A stretch of 64,000 bases of DNA from Octopus sinensis (lineage: Eukaryota): NCBI RefSeq assembly GCF_006345805.1, contig NC_042999.1:156860001-156924000 (forward strand), written 5' to 3'. The notes under the pieces are model-generated. The model did no database searches and was not told the DNA's origin. It saw only the letters and a list, made by a program, of their open reading frames with translations. The translations under genes were made by a program, and so were the position numbers. Shown piece after piece: positions 35,818 through 49,539 of the stretch (the first letter of the stretch is position 1; each line of letters opens with the position of its first letter).

Positions 35818-36229
35818 GGGGCAGGAGTGGCTGTGTGGTAAGTAGCTTGCTAACCAACCACATGGTTCCGGGTTCAGTCCCACTGCGTGGCATCTTGGAC
35901 AAGTGTCTTCTGCTATAGCCCCGGGCCGACCAATGCCTTGTGAGTGGATTTAGTAGACAGAAACTGAAAGAAGCCTGTCGTATATATGTATATATATATA
36001 TGTATGTGTTTGTGTGTCTGTGTTTGTCTCCCTAGCATTGCTTGACAACCGATGCTGGTGTGTTTACATTCCCGTCACTTAGCGGTTCGGCAAAAGAGAC
36101 CGATAGAATAAGTACTGGGCTTACAAAGAATAAGTCCCGGGATCGATTTGCTCGACTAAAGGCGGTGCTCCAGCATGGCCGCAGTCAAATGACTGAAACA
36201 AGTAAAAGAGAAAAAAGAGTAAAAGAGTA
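35818..36229 (+). mobile_element. SINE family A
   Basis: As 19127-19610. Confidence 0.92.
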
Positions 36230-37739
36230 GTACAACCCAGTGTAACATGACTAGGCCTTTTAATTACAGGTCCAGGATCTAATTATAGTGTAATTTGGCT
36301 GAGTATTTCATAGATATATGTGGCCTTAATGTAATTCTGGGACAGACTCAGTGTGACACATGGTGGACGTAGCCAGTGTTTCAACAGAATGTTTCTCAAC
36401 TATTATGAAAAGTACACCATTCACTGAATAAATTGTGGAAAATCGCAACAAAATTAAACTAAATATCAGATGAATAATTCTATTGACAGGGAGCTGTGGG
36501 TCGCTGTGGGTCAAAAGTTTCTTTATTCCTCTTCATTGGTAACATATTTTGTGTAATACTAGGCTGGCTCTTTAAATTAGTTGTACTTCATTTGGCAGGG
36601 TTCTACACTATTTAACCAATTTTACTCCCAATGCTTTGGCCACCTGAGAGATTATCTATTAAGTCACTCACAGACGTGCTCCATCCTCTGATGCCCCCCT
36701 CCCTACACATTTCTTTCCCACAGATGTTGGTTTATGACGGTTCACAAGGAATATCACTGGCATTAATCATTAACCTCACTTATCTAGATGGTCCGTGAAG
36801 GGCATAGGCACTGTCCCTTCTTTCAGACCCAATATGAGTAGAAGATTAAAAAATTTAAAAAAATAAAAATCAAACCAAAACTAGGCTAAAAGATTCTTGC
36901 TCAAGGTGTGATGGAGTTGAATTGAACTCAACACTAACATGTCAGGATTATGATGTGAACAAATTAATCACCTGGTCATGTGCCACCCCATCCGCCTGAG
37001 GTGTAGAGGTAAAACTGTACATGCGGTGGGCAAGTCATGTAATTGGTAGGTTTGGGTCCAGCTGAGGTAGAAATGATAAACCCTGTGGAACTGAAGCTGG
37101 CAGAATAAATCAGAATAGATATTTCCTAAATGATACAGAAGGAAAAAAAAAGGGTATAGAAGTGAGGGGTGGGATGTGAAAGACACAACTTTTGAGGAAA
37201 TTTTCTATTGTATGAAACAAAAAATATTTAATACAAAATGAAGGAAACCTGCCCACCTCACTTTTCCTTTTCTGTGATGTATGGAACTTTGAAGGACTGT
37301 TGTTCCAAAAATTCTGCCCAAATTGCAATGTTAGACTAAATGCATTGTTCCACTTAATTATGTTCCTCTGCATTCTGAGTTCAAATCCCATGAAAGTCAG
37401 TTTTGCCTTTAATCCAACAGGTATCAATAAAATAAATTACACTTGAATAGTTTGCCAATAGCGACACATTTCTCCATTCTTTTTGATTATCTTTATTCTT
37501 ATATTGGATAAGGGGATTATCACATACACTCTTCTTCCCTTTGTTTTGGTACAAGTTGCATTGTAGATGCATCTTTGAACTGTTCAATTGCATAGCTTAC
37601 TCACAAGTTGTCTGCTACCATGCTTGTACACCTCTGTGGGAATATTGTCTTGTCCAAGAGCTTTATTATTGGAAAGTTTTTTGATAGCAGTTCCTACCTC
37701 TTTCAAGGAAGGACATTCCACTAGTTCTTCAATTATAGA

Positions 37740-38130
37740 TCACTGGGGATTTTGCTGATTACATCAGCATCATAGTGGATTCTTGATTTGATACAGATTT
37801 TAAGTGTTCAGCCCATCTTTTCAGAATTTCATCTTTCCTGCTTGAGGGTTTTGTTCTATCATTAGAGAGAATAAATTCTGTACTACCTTTTGCGGGGCCA
37901 AACACATTTTTCAGAATGTTATACAGTGTTCTCGAGTTGTGGATGGTAGCAGCCTGTTCCAATTCTTGGGCTTTTTTTGTTCACCAAATTTTTCATCTCA
38001 TGCAGTTTTCTGCATAGTTTTTCTGGAGATGTATAGGAATCTGGACGTTGGCAAGTTTTTGTCTGAGATCCATGTCTTGTGATTCTTTTCCAAAGTTACC
38101 ATATGGTTTTGTTAAACCATATTGAAAGAG
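37740..38130 (-). mobile_element. Decayed RTE (BovB-like) internal fragment
   Basis: EQAA..HNSRTLY..LK.VFGP...DEILKRWAEHL linker motif. Confidence 0.75.
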
Positions 38131-38727
38131 GCCACTGAAATCCAATTTACATCTGAGAATAAATGTTACTTCTTTAAAAAATCCAGAAATTATAACAAAT
38201 TTTGAAATACATTTAAATTCAAAGCTTGCAGAAAGCTGAAGTGTTGTGGCACAATATTCATGACAGCATCAAATCATCTACTAAAGTAGTTCTAGAGTTT
38301 GTGAAACACAAACACCAACAAGAATGAGTCTCAAATTCAACCTCTCCTAGAAACTTTGCACAGAGACACACCGACACACATAAATTTGTCTCCAGTTTAT
38401 TTCTCCAAAGGGAATTAAGATGGCATTGTTTCCAGTACTGACCAGTTCTATAGAACATATGAGCACACGCGCACGCACACACACACACACACACATACAC
38501 ACACACACACACACGCACACACGCACACACATGTGCATTTGTAATTACTCACATGTTTTCATATACCACTAAATCAAAGGAAATGATTTATTGCCTCTTT
38601 AGCGACCTCAGATCTTATGAAGATAATGAAAGCAAACTGTTGTCTTAAAGTGTCTAAAATTTGATAAAAGTGTCCATAGAAAGGTCATGAATATTTTTTT
38701 CTTCTTTGTTAAAAGTATTGTTTTCAG

Positions 38728-38834
38728 CTGTCTATGAACAATACAGGCCGAGGTGTTTTGTATACACTGCAATTCTTCCAAGAGTGAATAACACAAATTC
38801 TCAAACTGGAGGAGCTGAAATTCTAACTGGGGAG
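38728..38834 (+). CDS. Candidate host exon D (VYEQYRPRCFVYTAILPRVNNTNSQTGGAEILTGE), phase 1 to 0
   Basis: gtattgttttcag acceptor and GAG|GTGAGG donor; 107 nt with exactly one open frame; not repeat-like. Protein not recognised. Confidence 0.5.
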
Positions 38835-39235
38835 GTGAGGCTAAGCATACCATAGCCCTGCTGTGACTACATACCTGACATACACATATGCATTCATACA
38901 ACTGAACCTTACACTAAAAATATAAGGCTGACCTAAGCAATTTTGGATGAATGTATTTATCTTTTGGTATCTTGTGTTGCTAAAGTGTAGAAAGTTTTTT
39001 TTTTAAGAGCATTTTTATATAGATTTTTTAAAACTTAACCTTCGTGAAATGTCGTAATATAGGATGTAGCCTCCTTGAGTACAGGGCCTTCTTGGGCATG
39101 GGGCCTGATTGGGATCAATCAGTCCAGTTGGTTTAAAGCTGGTCTTGCATAGAACTAACCAAAGAGAAATAGAATTATAAAATAATGTATAACTTCTATA
39201 AATTTTGAAATTTTAAATACAAAGGCAAGATGAAC

Positions 39236-39986
39236 TACCATATGTACTTGGCTACAAGTCACACTTTTTTCCCCTGGTATTTTCACTTAAAGTTGGGGAT
39301 GTGACTTATAAGCAGGTCCTATAAAAAAAAATCTTCAGATAATTTCTAGGTACAAGCCATGTCTGAAGTTCCAACACTTGGAATAACTGAAAAATAAACA
39401 AATTCCAAAGCCAAGGAGTACATGGAAGATGATCTTTAGATATTTCTTTATATATTTCTTTACTTTTGTTGGTATGAAATAAACAATTAATATTTAAAAA
39501 GTGGGTTTAATGTTTGTTTGTTTTTGTACTGTACCTGTCTTTCTTTAATTTGGTGCCATGTTATTTGTTAACAAGAAAAAATAGAGGAATTCGTATGATA
39601 TTAATTTCAAGCTGAATGTTACTGAATATGCAAAGTCACATTTGAATCAAACTGCAGAAAGAGAGTTTGGGGCTCAGAAAAAATGGTCAGAGATTGGCGC
39701 TTGAAAGAGGAGAAAATGAAATCCATTGATATCATATCATTAAAGAAAATTAGGATAGGAATGAGTCCCAATGAGGAGATGGAGACTATTTTGAGAGACT
39801 GGGTGACTAAACTATGAACAAATGGATTTGCTGTCACAAGAAACATCATCAGATTGCAGGCTCTCCAGCATCAAAAAAGTCACCACAACTTATAGTTAGG
39901 TCAATGATAAAATTCTCAATTTGAACCTTGTAAGTCAGGGGTGCATCTTATAGGCAAGGGTGTTTTAAAGTTGGGTATATACAGTA
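39236..39986 (+). mobile_element. pogo/Tigger-like DNA transposon relic
   Basis: Ends taccat.../...tacagta with subterminal gtcacac/gtgacttata/ggtgcatcttata. Internal YDINFKLNVTEYAK, EKMVRDW and NGFAVTRNIIRLQA (Brinker-type DBD plus CENP-B HTH). Confidence 0.65.
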
Positions 39987-40884
39987 ATATATAAATAGTA
40001 ACTCGTCATAAGCATAAGTGTCATGTCTGTCAACTTCAACATTAAACTACATTCATATACACAACAGCCTTCAGCGATATCTAGTTAACAAAGAACTTTC
40101 TGTATATGTGTACATTGCATATGGATACTGTTGAAGGTATGTAAAATATTAAATATGGTGCAGACAATCACATGACATAATTACACTTTTAACAGTTCTT
40201 TCTGGTTTGGTGATGGTAGCAGCTTGGGTGATAGTGGAAGTGGTTGTCGTCATCGTTGTTGTCATAGTTGTTGTCATTTTCATAACGGTATTGTGGTGGT
40301 GGTGGTGGTGAGAAAGAAGAGGAAAGTGTATGAATGAAAGGCTGTTGTTATACTTATGTTGTTTTAAGAATTCATATTCCAGAAAAATGTGACTATTTAT
40401 ATTGAATACTTTAGACCCTCTCACACATATTACTATTATATTCATATATTACTATTATATTAAGCTTTTTCTGTGTGTTCCTATTTTAATATCATAGACA
40501 AAATATGCTTTTATGAGATTAAAATATATTTTGACTTATACATACTGCATAATCTAGTTTTTGCAGTATTTTAAAACTACTAGCGAAATGTATAGAAAAA
40601 AGAATATTTGTGATATAGTATCAGAAAGAAGAAACCCCAAAATATGTACCATATCCCATTTTGCTATGCCATTTCTATGATAAAAAAAAATTCTAATAAC
40701 TATGTTCAGACATGGCTTTATGGTTAATAACTATATTCAGACATGTGGTTTCAGGTTCAGTCCCACTATATGCCACTCTGTACAAGTGTTTTCTATTCTA
40801 GCCTTGAACCTACCAAGTGAATTTAGTATGCAGAAACTGAAAAGAAGACTATTATGAGTGTGTGTGTGTGTGTATATATATATA

Positions 40885-41162
40885 TCATGGGATCACGTGA
40901 CTGACCAGACCATCAGATGTTGTTACACATCGCTGGTGACAATGCATTCGCACTGTATTTTAGCCCCGCTGGCTAAGCGAGCAGGCCAACAGAAGAAAGA
41001 GTGGTGAAAGAGTACAGCAGGGATCACCACCCCCTGCCGGAGCTTCGTGGTGCTTCTAGGTGTTTTCGCTCAATAAACACTCACAACGCCCGGTCTGGGA
41101 ATCGAAACCGCGCTCCTACGACCGCGAGTCCACTGCCCTAACCACTGGGCCATTGCACCTCC
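40885..41162 (-). mobile_element. tRNA-derived SINE family C
   Basis: Head GGAGG(T/C)GCAATGGCCCAGTGG; matches 59875-60178. Confidence 0.88.
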
Positions 41163-41238
<76 letters not shown>

Positions 41239-41878
41239 ACATACACAACCACACATACACACACATATGTATTTGTATATGTATGTATTGAAAAGTTGCT
41301 TATTCAAATGAGATAGCATAACAGTTAACCTTTGCTTACATCCATATACATCCTACTTTCAATCAGGTTTAAATATCGTTTGTTCTCTGGTTTTTGTTCA
41401 GTATTATATGCATTTGAATAGACATGCATTTCCAAAATCATAATAAAACGGAAGATTCAGTTGTATCTAAACTTCTTTATTATTACATCATAAATTACTT
41501 AAACTTTACTCATGTTTCACAAGTGTGATAAAAGAATCTTTGTTACAACCAAGTCTCCAGTTTTGTTCTGATCTTGTATGTATGTATGTGTGTGTGTCTG
41601 TGTATGATTACATATTTTTTATGTGTGCATGCATATTTATGTATTCTCATGGGTGTGTATATGTGACCTGTCTCTGCGGTTTGACATTGTGTTATAATTG
41701 TCAGTAAACATCACCACTATACATGTGGTATTGTTTGTTTGCAATCTCCTGAGAAAACATGTCCAAACTAGGGGGGATATGTTAGCTTACTTGAAAACAG
41801 GTGAGAATTGGAGACAAGAACATCCAGTTATAGAAATCTGTCTCAATGAAATCTTGTCTGACCATGCAAGCATGGATT

Positions 41879-42293
41879 TACTCTTTTACTCTTTTACTTG
41901 TTTCAGTCCATTGACTGCGGCCATGCTGGAGCACCGCCTTTTAATCGAGCAACTCGACCCCGGAACTTATTCTTTTGTAAGCCCAGTACTTATTCTATCG
42001 GTCTCTTTTGCCGAACTGCTAAGTGACGGGGGACGTCAACACACCAGCATTGGTTGTCAAGCAATGCTAGGGGGACAAACACAGACACACAAACACACAC
42101 ACATACACGTACACATATACATATATACATATATACGACGGGCTTCTTTCAGTTTCCGTCTGCCAAATCCACTCACAAGGCTTTGGTCGGCCTGAGGCTA
42201 TAGTAGAAGACACTTGCCCAAGGTGCCACGCAGTGGGACTGAACCCGGAACCATGTGGTTGGTAAACAAGCTACTTACCACACAGCCGCTCCT
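41879..42293 (-). mobile_element. SINE family A
   Basis: As 19127-19610. Confidence 0.92.
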
Positions 42294-42865
42294 GGATATG
42301 TAGATATTAAAATGATGACGATGTAAGAAAACAATGTTAACAAAATATAATTCTGAAACAACCTTCTTGAAACAGAACACTTTAGTTATAATGATTATGG
42401 TGGAATGGTAAGGTTACTACTAATACCTATTTTATTATAACAGCTTCCACTGCTTAAACCTGTAAAAAAAATTAAAATCAGAATTACCAATTCAATCGTT
42501 ACCTTCACCACCACCACCACCACACCACCACCACCATTGCCATTGACACTACTGCCACAGTTATTAGTGTTTTTATAGCCATTGGTCTAAAACTGGTATA
42601 TGTCTAAACTTATTTTGTCAAGCCACATATCACCTAATTTCATAAACTAAAGTGCCTCAAGTTTGCTTTAGTCAAATTTTGTTTCAGCTACAATAAACTT
42701 CAAATGTTTTAATATTTAAACACTATATCCATAAAGAGCACAGTCTCAAATTTGCTGTAATTTTCAAATGGTGTAATAATATGTAGTAGGTATGGAGTAA
42801 TTTTAGTTATTAATATTTTGACAACCTTCTATTAATAATAAAATTCACTAGCATTTATTTTAATC

Positions 42866-43418
42866 GCCTTACTGGCACTTATGCCTGTGCTAGTAGGGTA
42901 CCAAGAACACCGTCTGAGCGTGATCGTTGTGATCGTTGCCAGAGTACACGTGTCTGCAGAGTGCTCAGCCACTTGCACATTAATTTCATGCGCAGGCTAT
43001 TAAACTGCAACAATTGGTGTCATAACTGACAGAGTGCCAGTCAGTTAAGTATACTCTGAATTATACTTAACTTATACTTAACTTATACTTGGCTTCCGTA
43101 CCCATGGCACGTAAAAGGGCACCATTCGAGCGTGATCGTTACCAGCGTTGCTTCACTGGCACCTGTGCTGGTGGCACGTGTAAAAAGATTCGAGCGAGGT
43201 CATTGCCAGTACCGCCTGACTGGCCCCCATGCAGGTGGCATGTAAAAAGCACCCACTACACATTCGGAGTGGTTGGTGTTAGGAAGGGCATCTAGCTGTA
43301 GAAACTCTGCCAGATCAAGATCGGAGCCTGGTGCAGCCATCTGGTTGCCAGTCCTCAGTCAAAACCGTCCAACCCATGCTAGCATGGAAAACGGACGTTA
43401 ATTGATGATGATGATGAC
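42866..43418 (+). mobile_element. RTE 3' UTR fragment interrupted by a templated inverted insertion
   Basis: RTE terminal sequence and (GAT)n at 43403-43418; foreign block 42942-43090. Confidence 0.85.
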
Positions 43419-43489
43419 ATTATATGGAATAATTCAGAGTATACTTAACTGACTGGCACTCTGTCAGTTATGACACCAATTGTTGCAGT

Positions 43490-43985
43490 TTAATAGCCTG
43501 CGCATGAAATTAATGTGCAAGTGGCTGAGCACTCAGCAGACACATGTACTCAACCCTTTCATTACCGTATTTATTTTGATATGCTCTCTGTTTCTTTCAA
43601 TTACTTTAAATATCACAAAGTATTTAGTAAAATAACTTAGTTATCATTAAGCTAGTGATAGGGACATAATTTGTGACTGAGGTTTAATAGAAGATTTTAA
43701 TTCAAAACTTATGAAAACAAGACATTTTGTACTCAAAGCCAAAGCCGGTTTCAGCCGGGTTGGTATCAAAAGGGTTAATGTAGTTCTTAGGGAGGTTCAG
43801 CATGATACAGAATGTGACAAGGCTGGCACTTTGAAGTACAGCTACTACTCATTTTTGCCAGCTGAGTGAACTGGAGCAATATGAAATAATGTGACTTACT
43901 CAAGAACACAATGCACTGCCAGGAATCGAACTCACGGCCTTGCAATTGTGAGCTGAATGCCCTAACCACTAAGCCATGCGTCTTC
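43490..43985 (-). mobile_element. SINE family D interrupted by a piggyBac-like MITE
   Basis: tRNA-like head at 43985-43910; body resumes below 43551. Confidence 0.8.
43554..43774. mobile_element. piggyBac-like MITE in TTAA
   Basis: Ends ccctttcattacc / ggtatcaaaaggg; TTAA on the right (43775-43778), only AA retained on the left. Confidence 0.7.
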
Positions 43986-44037
43986 ACTCAGAGTATACTA
44001 TACACTAAGAGTAGGTGAATATTCTAGTTAAACTAAT

Positions 44038-44437
44038 GGCGTAGGAGTGGTTGTGTGGTAAGTAGCTTGCTTACCAACCACATGGTTCCGGGTTCAGTCC
44101 CACTGCATGGCACCTTGGGCAAGTGTCTTCTTCTATAGCCTCAGGCTGACCAAAACCTTGTGAGTGGATTTGGTAGATGGAAACTGAAAGAAGCCCATTG
44201 TATATATGTATATGTGTGTATATACGTTTGTGTGTCTGTGTTTGTACCCCCAACATCACTTGACAACCGATGCTGGTGTGTTTACGTCCCCATAACTTAG
44301 CGGTTCGGCAAAAGCGACCGATAGAATAAGCACTAGGCTTACAAAGAATAAGTTCTGGGTCGATTTGCTTGACTAAAGGCAGTGCTCCAGCATAGCCACG
44401 GTCAAATGACTGAAACAAGTAAAAGAGTAAAAGAGTA
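44038..44437 (+). mobile_element. SINE family A
   Basis: As 19127-19610. Confidence 0.92.
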
Positions 44438-44690
44438 ATGGAACTTAAAGAATGAGATTGATCACTAGGTAACTAAGTAAAAGATGGAGTAAGTCAATGC
44501 AAGATTAGATGCAATTGGCTATGAGCATCACTCCTGACTCCTGTATTCACATGGAGTGAAGAGGGGAGAGAGTAAAGCTGTGTTTTTATTTTGCTATTCA
44601 TTGTTATCATAGGAAGATATCATTTCCCAAGTTTTATGAACAATTTGTGTTATTACATATTCAGTTACAAAATTTACCACAGTAAGCTAG

Positions 44691-44999
44691 GGGAAGGCAC
44701 ATGGCCTAGTGGTTAGAGCAGCGGACTCGCGGTTGAGGGATCACGGGTTCAAATCTCAGAGCGGGCGATGTGTGTGTTTATGAGCAAAACACCTAAGCTC
44801 CATGCAGCTCTGGCAGAAAGTAATGGCGAAACTTCTGCTGACTCTTTCGCCACAACTTTCTCTCTCTCTTTCCTCCAGCATCTCGCAGCTCACCTGTGAC
44901 GGACCAGCGTCCCATCCAAGTGGAGAACCTATGCGCCAAGAAACCAGGAAACCGGCCCTTATGAGTTAGGCATGGCTTGAGAAGGAACAAACAACAAAA
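44691..44999 (+). mobile_element. SINE family B with perfect 12-bp TSD
   Basis: acagtaagctag at 44679-44690 and 45000-45011. Confidence 0.93.
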
Positions 45000-45375
45000 A
45001 CAGTAAGCTAGACACATATTGAATTGTTGAGCAATGCAGAAAAAGCATGAAATATTAAAGAACTACTGGATACTTGCATCAGTATCAGTACTTGGCAGAG
45101 AGAGAGGGCGGGGAGCTGATGAAGATAGAGGATAAGTCAGAAAGTTGGACTTATTTGCTTTTTTTGCAATAGAATGAGATAATGTACGTTTTTGTTGTAA
45201 ACAGAAGAAAATGAAGATAATTAGTTTCAGTGGGTTGTCAGTTAGAAAGAAGATTAGGTGTGTATTATTTAGTTATTTTGAACTGGTGAAGCATATTTAA
45301 TGCCTTGCACTGAACTGGGGGAGATGTGATTTGAGCAAGAAATTGAATGAAGATGTGCTTTCTTTTATTGTTTAT

Positions 45376-45692
45376 ACATGTTTCAGTCATTTGATTGCAG
45401 CCATGCTGGAGCACCGCCTTTTAGTCAAAGAAATTGACCCCTGGACTTATTCTTTGCCAAATCGCTAAGTTACAGGAATGTAAACACACCAACTTCAGTT
45501 GTCAAGTGAAGGTGAGAGGGACAAACACAGACACAAACACAAACATAAATATATACATATATATGACAGGCTTCTTTCATTCACAAAGCTTTGGTCAGCC
45601 CAAGGCTATAGTGAAAGACACTTGCCCAAGATGCCATACAGTGGGACTGAACCCGGAACCATGTAGTTGAGAAGCAAGCTTCTTACCACATC
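45376..45692 (-). mobile_element. SINE family A, internally deleted
   Basis: Partial colinearity with other copies. Confidence 0.85.
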
Positions 45693-46252
45693 CTTTCTGT
45701 GTAATATGAGATATAATGAGGTGGAAATGATTGAAAGGTTTTATAGATATACAATACCATGCCTCTATAGTTGGTTATAGTAGGATTAATATTAGAAGTA
45801 AATCTCTGACTAAAAAAGAACGCTATCAATAGTTTGAGGAGTTCAATTTTAATTTCTATAATTAAAACTGAAGATGTGTAAGAAGTAGAAAGTGGTGATT
45901 GCATTTTTACCTGCTTGATATTGTGATATTGGTCTCTATTTCAAGTACTTTATTATATTCTTATTTCTTGATTAAACTAAAATGATGTGAAAGTTGACAA
46001 GGCACAGATGTGAAAATGAAGTTTAAGGTACTGCAACATTGGAGTATTTTACTGTATTACAAACTAAGAAACCTATACGAGTTAAAAGTGACCTAAATAA
46101 AGAGAGAGTAAGGGGTGAAGATGCTGAGGAATTGAGTTTTTATTTTAGAGAACTCTTTAAACTTTAAAATCATCATCATCATCATCATCATTTAGCGTCC
46201 GTTTTCTATGCTAGCATGGGTTGGACGGTTCAGTAAGAGAAACATATATATA

Positions 46253-46656
46253 TCTCTTTTACTCTTTTATCTCTTATTTGTTTCAGTCATTTTACTGTGG
46301 CCATGCTGGAGCACCACCTTTAGTCGAGCAAATCAACCACAAGACTTATTCTTTGGAAGCCTAGTACTTATTCTATCGGTCTCTTTTTGCCAAACCGCTA
46401 AGTTACAGGGACGTAAACACACCAGCATCGGTTGTCAAGCGAAGGTGGGTGGACAAACACACACACACACACACATTTATATATATACATATATACAACG
46501 GGCATCTTTCAGTTTCTGTCTAACAAATCCACTCACAAGGCTTTGGTCAGCCCAAGGCTATAGTAGAAGATACTTGCCCAAGGTGCCACACAGTGGGACT
46601 GAACCCGGAACCATGTGGTTGGTAAGCAAGCTACTTACCACACAGCCACTCCTGCA
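46253..46656 (-). mobile_element. SINE family A
   Basis: As 19127-19610; preceded by a 55-bp RTE tail at 46175-46230. Confidence 0.92.
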
Positions 46657-47156
46657 CTTATATAATAGCTTTTGGAAAAGCTATGTAGTCTCAAGATTAT
46701 ATTGCAGATGTTAATTCTACTGTCTTTTGACAAGATTCAAGATTTAACATGCAAAGATGTTTTGCTAGTAAAATAATAACTTGGAAAATAATTAGAAAAT
46801 CTACAATACCCACCTCAGTAATGGAATTAAATTGTTTGCATTTGAAGACATGTACAGTTTAATTGTCACCACCTTTAAGTCATCTGGAGAAGAATAAAGG
46901 TCAAGAACTGTTATACAGGATTATTATTCTTGTAAAGTTACACATTTATTTAAGAGCTTTGAAACTATTTGTAAGTAAAAGGAAAAACAAAATACAGTTA
47001 TGGATATATTGGTTCTCTCTGTAGTAGCCCTCAAGTTTAAAGTTTTTAGACATGTATACACTTGCACAAATTAAATCACCCAGTAAATTTTACCTTGGTG
47101 TTCAGCTTAAATTCTGATTGGCTCCAGGTTGACGAAGTAACTCTAATAAACCTGCA

Positions 47157-47315
47157 GGCGTGGCTGTGTGGTAAGTAGCTTGTTTACCAACCACATGGTT
47201 CCGGGTTCAGTCCCACTGCGTGGCACCTTGGGCAAGTGTCTTCTCCTATAGCCTCGGGCCGACCAAAGCCTTGTGAGTGGATTTGGTAGACGGAAACTGA
47301 AAAAAGCCCATCGTA

Positions 47316-47362
<47 letters not shown>

Positions 47363-47591
47363 CGTGTCTATGTTTGTGTGTCTGTGTTTGTCCCTCTAGC
47401 ATTGCTTCACAGCTGATGCTGGTGTGTTTATGTCCCCGTTACTTAGCGGTTCGGCAAAAGAGACCGATAGAATAAGTACTGGGCTTACAAAAGAATAAGT
47501 CCTCGATTAAGTTGCTTGATTAAAGGCAGTGCTCCAGCATGGTCGCAGTCAAATGACTGAAACAAGTAAAAGAGTAAAAGAGTAAAAGAGA
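47157..47591 (+). mobile_element. SINE family A
   Basis: As 19127-19610. Confidence 0.92.
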
Positions 47592-47814
47592 ATGAGTATC
47601 GCAAAAAACATTCACAAGACTCATGCACAATCACAATACCTTTCCTAAATTAAGATATAATTCACTTAAAAAAAAGATACTCCTAAAGTTTTTGATGAAA
47701 TTATAAATTATATAAATTGCCAATATACTCAATTATATCATTTCATTTCCAAACTAGTACTATGTATTCCTACTCATCCATTGAACTATGTAATATCTAC
47801 AGCAGCACGAAGCC

Positions 47815-47863
47815 TTGTCAGTGAACAGGTCACGATCTCAAAGCGACAAAAATATTTTAACAA
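47815..47863 (+). ncRNA. Decayed minimal hammerhead-like motif, G3:C8 core variant
   Basis: ttgtca | GTGAACA | g gtcac-gatctcaaa-gcgac | aaaa | atat | TT | taacaa. Two G to A changes (47848, 47859) away from an intact fold. Confidence 0.35.
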
Positions 47864-48803
47864 ATTAAATTTAAATGTTGAAGCGAATCTAACGGTTTTG
47901 TGTGTTTCTTAAATAGCTTATAAAAACCTTCCATGCTGCAATTGTTTTCATTCCAGCACACGATCTCAGATCAAGTCACTCGCTATGCAAGTACATCTCT
48001 GTATGTAACATCTGTTTTCTTAATACTTATTTATCATTTATGTTGTATTTCTAAATTTATATACTTATTGGCTAAGCTGAATCATCTGAGTGTTGGACAA
48101 AATACCTTTTGATGTTTGTTCTAACCCAAGGTCGTCATTGTATCCTACCTTCTGGGTTCAATAAAAGTACCAGTAAAGTAAACAAATCAATTTATTCAGT
48201 TACATCTCTCTCACCAAATTTCTGGCTTTAGAAACAATCATCTTATTGTTTCAGTTATAACTCAAGGAGTCCTTGAAAATATGCTGCTAATGTTAGCCTT
48301 ATCATGGGCCTTCGACTATAAATGTTTCATTCCCTGCTTAGTCTGTTCATACAAAGCAATTTGCTGCAATTTTATAGTTGAAATAAACTACCTAAATTTT
48401 TGAAAATATATAGTTCACAAAGGGATCCAAACATAATTATGTTAGTATACATGCCCTAAGTACATGAACTAACAAGGGAGCTTCTACATGGTCACCCACT
48501 CAACTAAAAATAGTAGCAAAATCTTCCTCAGCTCACAGTTTATTATCTTAGAAACCATGGTTCTGTGTTCACCATGTCATGAATAAAACCTGATGTGTCT
48601 TTAGTAATCAGGCTGACAGGACACCTCTTTCAACATCACAAGCACAACCACCACCCACATTAAGGGTACCAGCTAACAAAGATCCTCCATGCCAAGGTAA
48701 TTTTTTCCCCTACAAGTGAAATTTTTTCCACAATCAAATACGAAATCCCTAACTCAGCAAAAAATTCAAGTTTTATGTCCAAAAAAATTAAATTAAAATT
48801 GCA

Positions 48804-49213
48804 TAGGCGTAGGAGTGGCTGTGTGGTAAGTAGCTTGCTTACCAACCACATGGTTCCGGGTTCAGTCCCACTGTGTGGCTCCTTGGGCTAGTGTCTTCTA
48901 CTATAGCCTCCGGCCGACCAAAGCCTTCTGAGTGGATTTGGTAGATGGAAACTGAAAGAAGCCCGTCATATATATGTGTATATATATATATGTGTGTGTA
49001 TGTGTGTGTGTATGTTTGCATGTCTGTGCTTGTCCTCCCAACATCGCTGGTGTGTTCACATCCCCGTAACTTAGAGGTTCAGCAAGACAGACTGATGGAA
49101 TAAGTACTAAGCTTACAAAGAATAAGTCCTGGGGTTCGATTTGCTTGACTAAAGGTGGTGCTCCAGCATGGCCACAGTCAAATGACTGAAACAAGTAAAA
49201 GAGTAAAAGAGTA
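48804..49213 (+). mobile_element. SINE family A
   Basis: As 19127-19610. Confidence 0.92.
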
Positions 49214-49539
49214 CCTATGAAGTTATAAAATTAAAAATTCATTTTTTTAACAGGTAAGCACTTTCAATTCGCGTTGCTACTGAAATGGTCCCCTAACACT
49301 AATCTATGTGATCACTCAACCCTTCAGAAATAGAAGCTAAATCTTCCTAAAATCAAACCCTACCCTCTATAAAACAGGAATAATGTAATCTTGATATACA
49401 ATATGGTGAGAGAGTCATGTTTTTAAATATCACCTGTTGTAATGAAAGAACAGATACCCATTTAATGATGCAAAAATTTTAGTTCCATGTATGACACAGC
49501 TTGCAGTAAGAGTTAGCTCTTACTGAACTCTGACTTCAG

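Noticed and set aside
36972-37125. Minus-strand exon candidate with good acceptor and one open frame
   Set aside because: Peptide not recognised and no phase-compatible partner found; cannot be excluded without RNA data.
45110-45158. Hammerhead at CTGATGA 45116 with GAAA at 45140
   Set aside because: Stems II and III are only 3 bp and no stem I pairing exists.
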